Positions 17,542-27,492 of a DNA stretch of 32,000 bases are shown here, piece by piece. The stretch is from the NCBI RefSeq assembly GCF_001412615.1, contig NZ_CP013011.1:540001-572000 (forward strand), written 5' to 3'. The DNA is from Pyrodictium delaneyi (lineage in GTDB: Archaea > Thermoproteota > Thermoprotei_A > Sulfolobales > Pyrodictiaceae). Numbering within the stretch: position 1 is the first letter of the stretch; every line of letters begins with the position of its first letter. The notes under the pieces were generated by a model. That model made no database searches. It was not told the origin of the DNA and saw nothing but the letters and a program-made list of their open reading frames with translations. Position numbers and translations under genes: made by a program.

Positions 17542-18291
17542 ATGGCGAAAGCTAGACTGTCATATCCTGACGCAAAGTCGTTCTACAACATGCTTGACGC
17601 TATATCCAAGATAGTGGATGAAGTTACAATGATAATAACAAATGACGGTATCAAAGCAATAGCGCTGGACCCTGCTCACGTTGCACTAATAACTATAGAG
17701 TTGCCACCAGAGAGCTTCATAGAGTACGAGGTTGAGGGCGACGAAGTAAAGCTAGGATTCAACGTAGCGAACACGGCTAAGCTAATCAAACGAGGAAAGA
17801 AAGGAGACAAGCTAGACATAGAAGTAGACGAAGAGAGAGTTACATGGTCAATCGTAGGTGCTACTATAAAGCGCTACCGTGTACTAAACCTTGACGTTCC
17901 CGTCCCTGAGATCCCGGAGGCTCAGCTCGAGTTCAAGATAAGGGTAGCAATGATAGTCGATCCCTTCAAGAATGCATTGAAGGACGCCGAAGCTGTTGGC
18001 GATACGGTAGAGCTAGAAGCCCCCGACGAGAGCACGTTCATCATAAGAGGTGTGGGAGCTGCGACAGCTGAGGCTAAGATCAGAAGTGACTCACCGGCGG
18101 TAGTAGAGTTTAGCGTCGACGAGCCAGGAAAGTCGGCCTATAGCATAGACTATCTAAAACATGTCGTCTCGCTAACAAAAGTTGCCGACACAATATCAAT
18201 AGAGTTCTCGCAGGATATGCCACTGAGGCTACAGTTCCAGCTGCCAGCCGGAGGTAAGGTAACCTATCTGCTAGCACCCAAAGTAGCATAA
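17542..18291 (+). CDS. pcn: DNA polymerase sliding clamp (PCNA) subunit
   Basis: The N-terminus is MAKARLSYPDAKSFYNMLDAISKIVDEV..., and the C-terminus is KVTYLLAPKV. At 249 aa from ATG 17542 it has the usual PCNA length. The 36 codons upstream in the tracked ORF are not PCNA-like. Confidence 0.85.
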   Translation: MAKARLSYPDAKSFYNMLDAISKIVDEVTMIITNDGIKAIALDPAHVALITIELPPESFIEYEVEGDEVKLGFNVANTAKLIKRGKKGDKLDIEVDEERVTWSIVGATIKRYRVLNLDVPVPEIPEAQLEFKIRVAMIVDPFKNALKDAEAVGDTVELEAPDESTFIIRGVGAATAEAKIRSDSPAVVEFSVDEPGKSAYSIDYLKHVVSLTKVADTISIEFSQDMPLRLQFQLPAGGKVTYLLAPKVA

Positions 18292-18443
18292 ACTAAAATC
18301 AGCACCTCTCTAGGGTATCTAACGCTCTGGGGCGTGATGAAAAATAGTCACCGGCTCAGCGTAGAGCTATGCATTGATGCAGAAGGCCAGGACAGCTGAC
18401 ACAACAGGATATGTATCAACACTCTATTCTTCATTATGTAGCT

Positions 18444-19331
18444 TTACTTCTTTATCCTCTGGAGTACTGCTTGCGCCAGCTCCTTGGCAGGATTAACCCC
18501 CGTAGCAGCCTGGAGTCCTCTCCATAGCGGTGAGGCATTTACTTCGATTACAACATATCCATCATTATTCTCTACTATATCGACACCTGCATATATTAAG
18601 CCTAGCACGGAGGCAGCTCGGACAGCTGTCTCTAGAATGTCGCTAGATGGTGATGCAGGTAACGCCTTTGCACCACGCGCTATATTGGTTTTCCAGTAGC
18701 CTTGTGGTGCTATGCGGTATATTGAGGCTATAGCTCTACCATCAACAACAAATATACGTATATCCCTATTATTCTTCTTCTCGATGTACTCCTGAACGTA
18801 TATGGGCTGGTTAAGCGAGGATAGCAAGTTAACAACATAGTAGGCAGTATCGGTGTCGTCTACCATAAATGAGCCTAGGCCTAAACTGCCCGTAATGGGT
18901 TTTAGGACGGCGCTACCTAGTCTCTCTACTTCTCTAAGTGCTTCGGAAGGGTCCTCAGTGACTATAGTATCAGGTACCGGTATGCCATTTTCATGCAGTA
19001 TTCTTAGGCTCGTAAACTTATCGCGTGCCAGAAAAAGTGCATCTGCAGGATTTACTACCGCTATGCCATGAGATTCAGCAGTCTTCAAGAAAGCATATCT
19101 ATACATGTATTTTTCCACACTTAGACCGCGCCCCAGTCCTCTCACAATTATAGCATCTACATCGAGGCATTTTCCATGATATCGTAGAGGGCATCTAGAG
19201 CTTATACTAGCAGAGGTATAGTTCCACAAGATGTAGATGGGCTGGGCTCCTAGCTCAGAAAAGGATTTCATTAATTGTCTCGAAGACCATGTAGGTCGCG
19301 GTGCACTATGTAGTATTGCAATCCTAACCAT
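18444..19331 (-). CDS. RimK/LysX-family ATP-grasp ligase
   Basis: ATP-grasp pattern: DKFTSLRILHENGIPVPDT, AVLKPITGSLGLG, IYVQEYI, DIRIFVVDG and VIEVNASP. I take the start at ATG 19331; the tracked TTG is at 19349. Confidence 0.75.
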   Translation of the reverse strand: MVRIAILHSAPRPTWSSRQLMKSFSELGAQPIYILWNYTSASISSRCPLRYHGKCLDVDAIIVRGLGRGLSVEKYMYRYAFLKTAESHGIAVVNPADALFLARDKFTSLRILHENGIPVPDTIVTEDPSEALREVERLGSAVLKPITGSLGLGSFMVDDTDTAYYVVNLLSSLNQPIYVQEYIEKKNNRDIRIFVVDGRAIASIYRIAPQGYWKTNIARGAKALPASPSSDILETAVRAASVLGLIYAGVDIVENNDGYVVIEVNASPLWRGLQAATGVNPAKELAQAVLQRIKK

Positions 19332-19382
19332 GTCTTGGCCAGACCCCAACTAGTATATGCTCAACTTATACTCCTCGGATAT

Positions 19383-20339
19383 TTATGATGTGGAAGGTAG
19401 GCTATGTTCAATCTTGTCTATTGCATGTTCAACAACGAGCGATCCGTAGAGGGGCGCCGTTAATGGATCCGTGTGTAGAACTAGTTCGAGGATTTTTGTG
19501 TCTTTAGGTGTATACATGGAGAGCTTAAATCTGGCTTCTTTTAGTATGTCCGCTTCTACGTCTGTAAGCATTGCTAGCACAGTACCATGTAGAAGTCTTG
19601 CGGTCATGTGCACCGGTAGGCTTGATACAGGATATACATTTGCTTTGTGGATATAGCCTGATAGGATATAGGCTGTTGGAAGCATTGTGGTTGATGCGTA
19701 AACGCTTAGCTCTTTACCGGCTTTCACAGCCTCTACAAAGTCATTTATGAATTGTTTGTACCTATCAATAAGACTGTCATATACATAAGATATATCCGAT
19801 AGCTCATTTAGCAATCTATTGACTCTAATTCTGATACCGCTAAACTTTTCTGCAAGGTATGTAGCGGATTTTGCTGCAAGCAACATGTAGTGAACAGATG
19901 GGCGCTGTGATGTCACCTCTATCAAGTTCTCCTTACCTATACGGGCTGCAATTATATCGGGTAATGGCGTTGACACTATTACGAATCTTGTCTCTGTTAT
20001 TCGGGCTGCATCTGCTGTTCTAGCTATAATGTTCTCGGCTCCTGGTTCCGCGAATAGCACTAGTAATGAAGTCTCTTCGTGGTATGCGAGTGTATGGTAT
20101 AGAAATGCCTCAATAGGCTGTATGTATATAGTCTTGTCAGTTAGCTGGCGTAGTATCCAATAGAATAGGTGTGCAGCAGATTGTGCGTAAAAACTGCCGG
20201 CGAAAGCTACATAGATAGTGTTTGGCGACTCAGCAAGCTCTGTGACTGTCTTAGCCTTGCTTGTGGCATCGGCTTCTATCGCTGCTAGCGTGGATGCTGT
20301 TAGAGTAGTGCTGTCTCGAGTGAGCGGCAGCAACTGCAC
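19383..20339 (-). CDS. double SIS (sugar-phosphate isomerase)-like protein with degenerate motifs
   Basis: Two SIS-like halves are visible: [15 protein letters not shown]...[34 protein letters not shown], and a second half from ELSVYASTT. The canonical S-x-S-G-x-T motif is not conserved. A GTG start overlaps the MTAP stop by 40 nt. Confidence 0.45.
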   Translation of the reverse strand: MQLLPLTRDSTTLTASTLAAIEADATSKAKTVTELAESPNTIYVAFAGSFYAQSAAHLFYWILRQLTDKTIYIQPIEAFLYHTLAYHEETSLLVLFAEPGAENIIARTADAARITETRFVIVSTPLPDIIAARIGKENLIEVTSQRPSVHYMLLAAKSATYLAEKFSGIRIRVNRLLNELSDISYVYDSLIDRYKQFINDFVEAVKAGKELSVYASTTMLPTAYILSGYIHKANVYPVSSLPVHMTARLLHGTVLAMLTDVEADILKEARFKLSMYTPKDTKILELVLHTDPLTAPLYGSLVVEHAIDKIEHSLPSTS

Positions 20340-21124
20340 CTCGCCGTGTCGGGGGCCTCTGGTAGCCTGGGTATAAGCTCGTATAGCAGCCGTCGTGCAC
20401 GCTCAGTATTCTCCTTCATGACCCTAGTTACTTCCTCTGCTGTGACAGGTCTATCAGCCCATACGTCATAGTCTGTTACGAGTGCTATAGTGGCATAGCA
20501 TATCTGTGCCTCGCAGGCAAGGTTTACCTCTGGTACTAGTGTCATCCCTATGATATCAGCCTTGAATACGTCCTTCCATATCCGACTCTCGGCCCTTGTA
20601 GAGAATCGTGGCCCTTCAATGCATATGTATGTACCGTGTTCGTGTATCCTAAAGCCTAGCTCTTTACCAACCTTTATGATCTCTTGTCTAAGGTGTTCGC
20701 AGAACGGATCAGCCATGCTCACGTGTGCGACCACTGGACCGTCAAAGAAGGTGTACTCTCTCTTCTTAGTCATGTCTATGAACTGGTCTGGGACAACCAT
20801 GTCGCCTGGACGATAATCCTCCCGGAGAGACCCCACAGCTGACACAGATATAATCCATCTAACGCCTAGGCTCTTGAGAGCCCAGATGTTGGCACGGTAG
20901 TTAATCTTGTGCGGGGGTATGCGGTGGCCCCTGCCGTGCCTCGGGAGGAACGCGACACGTCTTCCCCTAACAGTCCCGACAATAATGTAATCGCTAGGCT
21001 CACCGTACGGCGTATACACCTTGACTTCACGGGGCTCCTCAACTATACCTGGGTCATAAAGCCCGCTGCCACCTATGATGCCTATCTCTGCTCTGACAGG
21101 AGGCTCTGGAGGAAACTGCACCAT
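20300..21124 (-). CDS. mtnP: S-methyl-5'-thioadenosine phosphorylase (MTAP)
   Basis: Motifs seen are [40 protein letters not shown] and a MTLVPE block. A C-terminal Cys cluster CSCC is present. Confidence 0.85.
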   Translation of the reverse strand: MVQFPPEPPVRAEIGIIGGSGLYDPGIVEEPREVKVYTPYGEPSDYIIVGTVRGRRVAFLPRHGRGHRIPPHKINYRANIWALKSLGVRWIISVSAVGSLREDYRPGDMVVPDQFIDMTKKREYTFFDGPVVAHVSMADPFCEHLRQEIIKVGKELGFRIHEHGTYICIEGPRFSTRAESRIWKDVFKADIIGMTLVPEVNLACEAQICYATIALVTDYDVWADRPVTAEEVTRVMKENTERARRLLYELIPRLPEAPDTARCSCCRSLETALL

Positions 21125-21233
21125 TTAGGTACACCGTGTCGGAATATCTGGAGGTGGTGGAGAAGGATTATAATCTTAGTGAGCAGGCATCATAGTGGTA
21201 TACACAGTTGTTGGAATGGATGTATGAATACGG

Positions 21234-22160
21234 CTACTCGCGGGGCTTAACTGCTACCACGCCTTGGGCACGATCGTCGTATCTCACCCTTACGAATCCC
21301 ACGTACTGTAGTCGCTGTATAACACCCCGTACTATGGGGCCGTGACCGTGGCCGCGTGAACGTAGCGGCTCGCCAGTATAATGAAAGAGGATTCCTCCGG
21401 GCTTAAGTACCCGGAATAGTTCCCTATAAAAATCCCTGCTATAGAGTTCGCCGGCCATGCTAAAACGTGGTGGATCATGAATAATCCGGTCAAAGGTGTT
21501 ATCGGGCAAACGCTCTACAAGTTTGCTGGCATCGGCTAGTATAATCTTTACCTTGCTGTTGGCTAGTTTTGCACTCCAAGGATTAAGCTGTGCTATTGCT
21601 AGGACTTCACGGCTCACCTCGACTGTATATACTCGTTCGGCGCCATGATGTAACGAAGCTATTGTTGTATAGCCTAGGCCTGTGCAGACATCAAGCACTA
21701 TATGACCTCGTCTTACACGGGCTGCTCTAACCTTATAGTTGGCGTCGCGGAGCGGACCTATGTCACTACTCATCCTATGCATATGCACTCCATTCACTAT
21801 TAGGGTAGGTGCATCCAGATCCCGAGTAAAATGAAGCCTCATGTATGCATTCCCGCGCCTAATCTCTATAGGGTATAATACGGGATTATCGTCATTCAGT
21901 ATGGTGTAGATGAAGTTATCACGAATGTTGCTAACCTCATCAAAATCTAGTAAGAGTTCTTTGTCTCCAACTCTTATCTCTAAGTAATTATCCTTACAGC
22001 GCAGCATAACCCCGTATAGCCCCCTGGCCGTTGTCATTGAGCTGGCGCTGCACTTGCTCAGGGTATCGTGTATGATGTAACCTGGGATAGCATAGGGTCG
22101 CGGCTTGAACTCGTAAAGCTCTACCGGGGACGACGTATCATCTAATAGCTCGGTGGACAT
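21234..22160 (-). CDS. class I SAM-dependent methyltransferase (amino-methyltransferase type, DPPRF motif)
   Basis: The SAM motif I is VLDVCTGLGYTT and motif IV is IIHDPPRF. An N-terminal ~140-aa extra domain is present. Confidence 0.7.
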   Translation of the reverse strand: MSTELLDDTSSPVELYEFKPRPYAIPGYIIHDTLSKCSASSMTTARGLYGVMLRCKDNYLEIRVGDKELLLDFDEVSNIRDNFIYTILNDDNPVLYPIEIRRGNAYMRLHFTRDLDAPTLIVNGVHMHRMSSDIGPLRDANYKVRAARVRRGHIVLDVCTGLGYTTIASLHHGAERVYTVEVSREVLAIAQLNPWSAKLANSKVKIILADASKLVERLPDNTFDRIIHDPPRFSMAGELYSRDFYRELFRVLKPGGILFHYTGEPLRSRGHGHGPIVRGVIQRLQYVGFVRVRYDDRAQGVVAVKPRE

Positions 22161-22277
22161 GTCTCCTTGCCGCGTAGTGATATACGTGAGTAGGTACCCT
22201 CCTAAATATAGGCAGGCGTATGGTAAGCAGGATGGATGAGAGGGGTATGATGTGCACGACTCACACTGATGTAGAAG

Positions 22278-22613
22278 CTAGGTTGATGAAGGAGGTTTCG
22301 GCTGACCCCAATGTTGCTCCCCAGTGTTTAATAACAGATTATCTATGTACATTTTCACTGCAATTGTATGTTTACATGGTTTGTTATACATAGATGCGGG
22401 ACATGTGCAACGTAAGTAACCGCTGAGCTTGTTGTAGTATACTATGTAGTAGCCGTTGCTCCCCTTAACGACTGCAACGTAGGTATTGTTGTCGTGTCTC
22501 CTAATATATACTAGTCTGCCCTGATTTATTATTCGTGCTGCTTCTAAAAGTAGTCTTTTAGAGCCCCTGTAGTACGTCTTGGAGCTACTTGGCGCAGAGC
22601 AAGGTATACTCAT
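22278..22613 (-). CDS. SWIM zinc-finger protein
   Basis: The CxCxnCxH signature appears as CTCPASMYNKPCKH. I take the start at ATG 22613; the tracked GTG is at 22625. Confidence 0.6.
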   Translation of the reverse strand: MSIPCSAPSSSKTYYRGSKRLLLEAARIINQGRLVYIRRHDNNTYVAVVKGSNGYYIVYYNKLSGYLRCTCPASMYNKPCKHTIAVKMYIDNLLLNTGEQHWGQPKPPSST

Positions 22614-22682
22614 TGAATGCAACACAAATCACCACTAGTTGAGCGAAAGTGGCAATGAGCCCTAAGAGAGCTAGGTGTAACT

Positions 22683-23570
22683 ATGACTAAAGCTATAGAC
22701 TTCGTAAAAGGAGTTGCAGAGCTAACAAGACCGCATAATCTAATAGTAGCAGTAGTAACTACGTTCATAGGATATGGCATAGTATCAAAGACGTATGGTT
22801 ATCAACTAGCAGACAAGACATTCATATGGCCTGCATTAGTTGTCGTGCTCATCGCGGCTGCTGGTTACGTAATAAACGACTACTACGATATAGAAACTGA
22901 TAGAATAGCTAAGCCCTGGAGACCACTAGTCTCTGGCATAGTGTCACCACATACAGCAAGAATACTGGCCTATACCCTATTCGCGCTAGGCCTAGCAATA
23001 TCAGCTATTATGAATCCATACATACTCTTATTCGTTGCTGCTAATGCATTGTTGCTTCACGAGTATTCACGCTGGATAAAGAGAACAGGATTCATAGGCA
23101 ACACCGTCGTTGCATATAATTCTGCTGCAACAATACTCTTTGGAGGGCTAACGAGAAGTATAGAGCTAGACGCGCTAGTGCCTTATGCAGTATTAATACC
23201 AGCCATTTATGCGTTCCTCTTTGTACTGGGTAGGGAGATCGTAAAGGGTATCGAAGACATAGAAGGCGATAGAAGGGCTGGTATCTACACTATAGCGGTA
23301 GCGTATGGTGCTGAGCGTGCACGTAGCATGGCTATACTCCTCCTAGGAGCTGTTGTTGCTATAAGTCCAATACCGGCGCTACTAGGCATATATAACGTGC
23401 TATACGCGGTATTTGCGGTCATAGTGGATGTGACGATACTGTTATCACTTATTACACTTTACAAGGCTAACAATATAGACGAGATCATAGCCGCAGCTAG
23501 GAAGGCAAGGAGCCTCCTTAAAGTCGGCTTTCTAGCAGGTGGACTCGCCTTTACACTGGGCCTGCTATGA
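22683..23570 (+). CDS. UbiA-family prenyltransferase, probable digeranylgeranylglyceryl phosphate (DGGGP) synthase
   Basis: Motifs seen are ELTRPHN, NDYYDIETDRIAKPWRPLVSG and a second Asp-rich segment KGIEDIEGDR. About eight TM spans are present. Confidence 0.7.
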   Translation: MTKAIDFVKGVAELTRPHNLIVAVVTTFIGYGIVSKTYGYQLADKTFIWPALVVVLIAAAGYVINDYYDIETDRIAKPWRPLVSGIVSPHTARILAYTLFALGLAISAIMNPYILLFVAANALLLHEYSRWIKRTGFIGNTVVAYNSAATILFGGLTRSIELDALVPYAVLIPAIYAFLFVLGREIVKGIEDIEGDRRAGIYTIAVAYGAERARSMAILLLGAVVAISPIPALLGIYNVLYAVFAVIVDVTILLSLITLYKANNIDEIIAAARKARSLLKVGFLAGGLAFTLGLL

Positions 23571-23623
23571 TTTAATGGGGAGGCTCAGAGAGGTCGATGC
23601 TCAGCATCCCTTAGAGACTCCCC

Positions 23624-24277
23624 TCAGTCTAGGGTAGCTTCTTCACAGCCTCTCTGCAACACGTCTAGGCTAGACGATATGGCTCTACGTAGTCTATTGA
23701 GCTTACGCTTGCCTAGTAATAAATACGTGTTAAGCATGTCTGCAAGTATAGTATAGTCGAGATCAATTATGATCCGGTTATTGAATGAGACCGGTACGTC
23801 TATTCTTTCAGAACCAATTATGAACATATAGTAGGATCTAGAGGTGAACTTGTAGCCAGTATATTTGTAGCCAGCTTGAATAGCTATGTCTGCTATAAGC
23901 TCGGCTAGTCTGATGCAGCAAGTGTGTAGTGCTAGTATAGGGGGTTGTGCCGAGACCCAGACGTGTCTATAGCCTATCTTTATAGCCTCCTCTATCGCTT
24001 TCCCTAGCTCCATGGGACTTACTGGCCGATGCCATTTATACACTATACCTCCTCGGCGCTTATCGCCAGGCGAGGGAGCCGAAAACACTGCGATACGGCC
24101 GCTACATGAACTCGACGTAGCTATTGTAGGTATGGAGTTGAGGGCTAACAGTAGGTCTACGATATCGCTATCTATCTTATTGTCTTTAAGTGCACGGGTA
24201 AAGCCTTCGCGCAGTTGGTCTCTTAGCTTAGTCCAAGACTCCGTGTTACAAGTGCTCGGTGGTAGATCCGCATGCAT
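23624..24277 (-). CDS. taw3: tRNA wyosine-derivative methyltransferase Taw3 (TYW3 family)
   Basis: The TYW3 signature DIVDLLLALNSIPTIATSSSCSGRI is present. I take the start at ATG 24277; the tracked GTG is at 24286. Confidence 0.7.
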   Translation of the reverse strand: MHADLPPSTCNTESWTKLRDQLREGFTRALKDNKIDSDIVDLLLALNSIPTIATSSSCSGRIAVFSAPSPGDKRRGGIVYKWHRPVSPMELGKAIEEAIKIGYRHVWVSAQPPILALHTCCIRLAELIADIAIQAGYKYTGYKFTSRSYYMFIIGSERIDVPVSFNNRIIIDLDYTILADMLNTYLLLGKRKLNRLRRAISSSLDVLQRGCEEATLD

Positions 24278-24980
24278 AGAGTGCACCCAGCCAGCCGGCG
24301 AGGGAGGCGTAGCCAGAGCTAGATGCCGGGTTAAATGACAATATTACTGCTTCACCCATCCCCTTGATCTGGCTAATTACTATCTTCTTTCCTACAGCCA
24401 ATATGGGGCTCATAAGCCTGGAGCGTGGTCCTACAATCTCGTAGAGTTCATCTATGCAACAATGGAGGCCTGGCTTTCCTACTACACCTGCGGGGTGGAG
24501 AGGGTTGTGGGAGTAAAGGCTTCCGCAGAGCCCGTTCTCACGTGTTATCTCTAGCCTGTTAAGCTCATCAAACAGAACCATTACGCCATTTGCGCCGTAT
24601 TTTAGCACGTTGTCGAAGAACTCTTCATAATCTACTTCTCGTACGCTTATACCCACAGATTTTAGGGCCATTACGAAATCAGAGGGTGCAGCAGCTATAC
24701 AGTTCGTGTCACGTGCTATTATCCTCCCATAGCTCCACGTAGAGCTGTGCAGAACTATATCGCTGTCACCACATCCTGGAGAGCAGATAATGCTACCAAC
24801 GCCTATGACTTGATCAATTATGAATCCTTTGTTTTCAACAGTTGCTGTAAACGGGGTATCTACTATCATACATCTACAGTTATCGCTACTAGCAGTTAGC
24901 GCTATCTTCTGTATAGTCTCTGGAGACTTTATGAGTAGCTCTATAGGATATATAGTGCTGCCCGCCGGAAGTTGTGGCAT
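24246..24980 (-). CDS. hypothetical protein (244 aa, Cys-rich), overlaps the taw3 start
   Basis: The ORF starts at a clean ATG. No motif is recognised. Its stop lies 32 nt inside taw3. Confidence 0.55.
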   Translation of the reverse strand: MPQLPAGSTIYPIELLIKSPETIQKIALTASSDNCRCMIVDTPFTATVENKGFIIDQVIGVGSIICSPGCGDSDIVLHSSTWSYGRIIARDTNCIAAAPSDFVMALKSVGISVREVDYEEFFDNVLKYGANGVMVLFDELNRLEITRENGLCGSLYSHNPLHPAGVVGKPGLHCCIDELYEIVGPRSRLMSPILAVGKKIVISQIKGMGEAVILSFNPASSSGYASLAGWLGALYACGSTTEHL

Positions 24981-25124
24981 GATAGTATCCCCTCAGCAGC
25001 CTGGTTATATATCATCGCAGGTGCTCAGCCCTTACATGGTTCTTCATCGGGGTGTAGTGCCTGGCAGCCTAGCGCCCCTATCTACCCTTCGGTAATGTAG
25101 CCTAGTAGCTGGAGGGGGCGATCC

Positions 25125-25547
25125 GTGATAAAACGTTGGCCCAAGCGCCGTGAATTCCTGGCCTACTATCTTCTGCTAAAATACGCTAAGGCTAAGAAAG
25201 TTAGACAAAACGGTGATGATGGCTGCATAAATGCTGGCGAGGCTATAGATGTTTTAAGGGTGTTCACGGGAAGCAAAAAGCTGGCTATATCGCTGTTAAG
25301 GCAACTAGTTAAGAGGGGATTCCTAGCCAGAAGGGCTTCACTAATATACTGTCCAAGAGACATAGCTGAACTGCTAGATGAAGCCCTAGTGTATTACCTA
25401 GCTGGTAGGCTACGGCGCCGAGGGGTAAAAGCGGTAGTAGAAGGAACATCCAACGTACTCTTGCTCGACAAGAATAGCTGTGATGACGGCGTGGCCGAGA
25501 TTCTGGCTAAAATTGGGCTGAGGGTGCAATGTGTAGACATTCAGTAA
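25125..25547 (+). CDS. hypothetical protein, possible winged-helix DNA-binding
   Basis: The 140-aa ORF has a GTG start. A basic helix-rich segment LAISLLRQLVKRGFLARR is present. The assignment is weak. Confidence 0.4.
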   Translation: MIKRWPKRREFLAYYLLLKYAKAKKVRQNGDDGCINAGEAIDVLRVFTGSKKLAISLLRQLVKRGFLARRASLIYCPRDIAELLDEALVYYLAGRLRRRGVKAVVEGTSNVLLLDKNSCDDGVAEILAKIGLRVQCVDIQ

Positions 25548-25709
25548 CGTTGAACAGTCTAGAGTTGCAGCTGCACATAGTCACAAGGTTTATATATAAC
25601 ACGTGGTTAAGGATGCTTCTATCTTAATCTAGCCTAGCCTTAAACATTGATTGTTTACATAAGAATATCGCGTACTTGTGGTGAAGTCTAGAATGTAACC
25701 GGATCAGTG

Positions 25710-26072
25710 CTAGTCTTCATCTTCGTAGATTTCTACTATAATCCGAGCCTTAACCTTATCCTTAGAGAATGGTGGTGGAGATTCACCTAGATCGACCGCA
25801 AATACTACTGAGTTACCGAGGCTGTCTGTAAACCTAACTTCAGCTACGTACCGCTTTCGAGGTCCAGATTCGAACACCTTCAATACGGCCTCATATATCC
25901 TGCTTAGCGCCATTTGAAGTGCCACAGGGCTTGAGAAATCCTCTGGCCTTAGCTGGATTGCTTGTAGTCCTTGCATGATCTCTCCGATCTTGGCTTCACC
26001 TTCGAATATTGCGAGCTTCTTTATCTCCTCGCTACCGGCGCGCTGGGTGTTTTCGTTCATAGCTCCAACCAC
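25710..26072 (-). CDS. hypothetical protein (120 aa), divergent from nop5
   Basis: This ORF has coding-like composition and an acidic C-terminus. No motif is recognised. Confidence 0.45.
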   Translation of the reverse strand: MVGAMNENTQRAGSEEIKKLAIFEGEAKIGEIMQGLQAIQLRPEDFSSPVALQMALSRIYEAVLKVFESGPRKRYVAEVRFTDSLGNSVVFAVDLGESPPPFSKDKVKARIIVEIYEDED

Positions 26073-26100
26073 CCATTTTAGCCGGTGATAGTGGAATGGA

Positions 26101-26112
26101 ATACTTAAATAG
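26101..26112 (+). promoter_or_regulatory. putative nop5-flpA promoter TATA box (ATACTTAAATAG)
   Basis: The box lies ~55 nt upstream of ATG 26166. A GGAGGT Shine-Dalgarno-like motif sits at 26150-26155. Confidence 0.4.
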
Positions 26113-26165
26113 TCTCCTCCGTATGGCTAGCCCTAAAGGGGTGCAGGAAGGAGGTAACTTCAGCC

Positions 26166-27425
26166 ATGAAGGTTTATATCGTTGACCACTTTACCGGCAG
26201 CTATGCGCTCAATGAGCAGAAGGACCTAGTAGCCTATGAGCATGCCCCAAAGAGCCTCGACGATATGGTCGAGGAGGCACTCAAGATAGAGCGTGGTGAG
26301 CCTACTGCAGCCTACCTTAGGCTACTCGACAAGCTAAAGGAGATGGGTATTACGACGTTAGTAGTCGAGACTAGTGAGATGGCTAGAGTAGCCTCTGGTA
26401 GAGGCTTTGAGGTAGAGGTTAAGCCTGCCAATGAGATTGCACGCTACTTCCGCGGTAATGTAGTAGAGATAGTGACTAGCACAGAATTTGTAAAGAATGA
26501 GGAAGAGTTCTACAAGCTCCTCCATGAGTTCACTATAGAGACTACTAGGAGGAAGCTGCGTCGAGCAGCACAGAAACGTGACCTACTAGCAGCACAAGCC
26601 ATAAGAGCTATAGATGATATAGATAAGACAACAAACCTCTTCGCTGCGAGGCTGCGTGAATGGTATAGCCTACATTTCCCCGAGCTTGATGACCTTGTGC
26701 GTGAGCACGAGGATTATGTAAAGATAGTGGCTGAACTCGGTCATCGTGACAACATAACGGTTGAGAACCTAATTAAGCTGGGCTTCAGCGAAGAAAAGGC
26801 CAAGAAAATAGCAGAGGCAGCATCAAAGAGTATGGGTGCAGATTACCCAGAGTTCGATATACAGCCTATGCAGAGGCTAGCAAGGATAACTCTAGAGCTG
26901 TACAAACTACGTAGAGACCTCTCAGACTACATAGCCCAGGTAATGAAGGAGGTAGCACCAAACATAACAGCACTAGTAGGCCCACTGCTAGGTGCGCGCC
27001 TCATAAGCCTTGCTGGTGGCCTAGAGGAGCTAGCATACCTACCTGCAAGCACTATACAGGTACTGGGCGCCGAGAAGGCGCTCTTCCGCGCTCTAAGAAC
27101 GGGAGGAAAGCCGCCAAAGCATGGCATAATATTCCAGTACCCCGACATACATCGTAGCCCGCGCTGGCAGCGTGGTAAGATAGCTAGAGCGCTAGCAGCC
27201 AAGCTAGCCATTGCTGCTAAGGTAGACTACTTCACGGGCAGGTTCATTGGCGATAAGTTGAAAGAGGCTCTCCGTAAGAGGATTGAAGAGATCAAGAGGA
27301 TATACAAGAAGCCGCCAAAGAGGAAGGAGATTAAGCCAACAAAGCCCGCTAAGCCAGCCCGCCCGGCACGTGGCAAGAAGGCTAGAAAGGGCAGAAAGGG
27401 CAAGGGTAAAGGCAAAAGGAGGTAA
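26166..27425 (+). CDS. nop5: C/D box sRNP core protein Nop5 (Nop56/58)
   Basis: A Nop/NOSIC domain pattern is present (LREWYSLHFPEL, GAEKALFRAL, HGIIFQ). The C-terminal tail is Lys-rich. The gene is immediately followed by fibrillarin. Confidence 0.9.
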   Translation: MKVYIVDHFTGSYALNEQKDLVAYEHAPKSLDDMVEEALKIERGEPTAAYLRLLDKLKEMGITTLVVETSEMARVASGRGFEVEVKPANEIARYFRGNVVEIVTSTEFVKNEEEFYKLLHEFTIETTRRKLRRAAQKRDLLAAQAIRAIDDIDKTTNLFAARLREWYSLHFPELDDLVREHEDYVKIVAELGHRDNITVENLIKLGFSEEKAKKIAEAASKSMGADYPEFDIQPMQRLARITLELYKLRRDLSDYIAQVMKEVAPNITALVGPLLGARLISLAGGLEELAYLPASTIQVLGAEKALFRALRTGGKPPKHGIIFQYPDIHRSPRWQRGKIARALAAKLAIAAKVDYFTGRFIGDKLKEALRKRIEEIKRIYKKPPKRKEIKPTKPAKPARPARGKKARKGRKGKGKGKRR

Positions 27426-27492
27426 CACTACCAAGTTTTAAGGTCTCCTCATGCCGGTCAAACTCATGAGGTAATTGAATAGGTGGTCTGGT

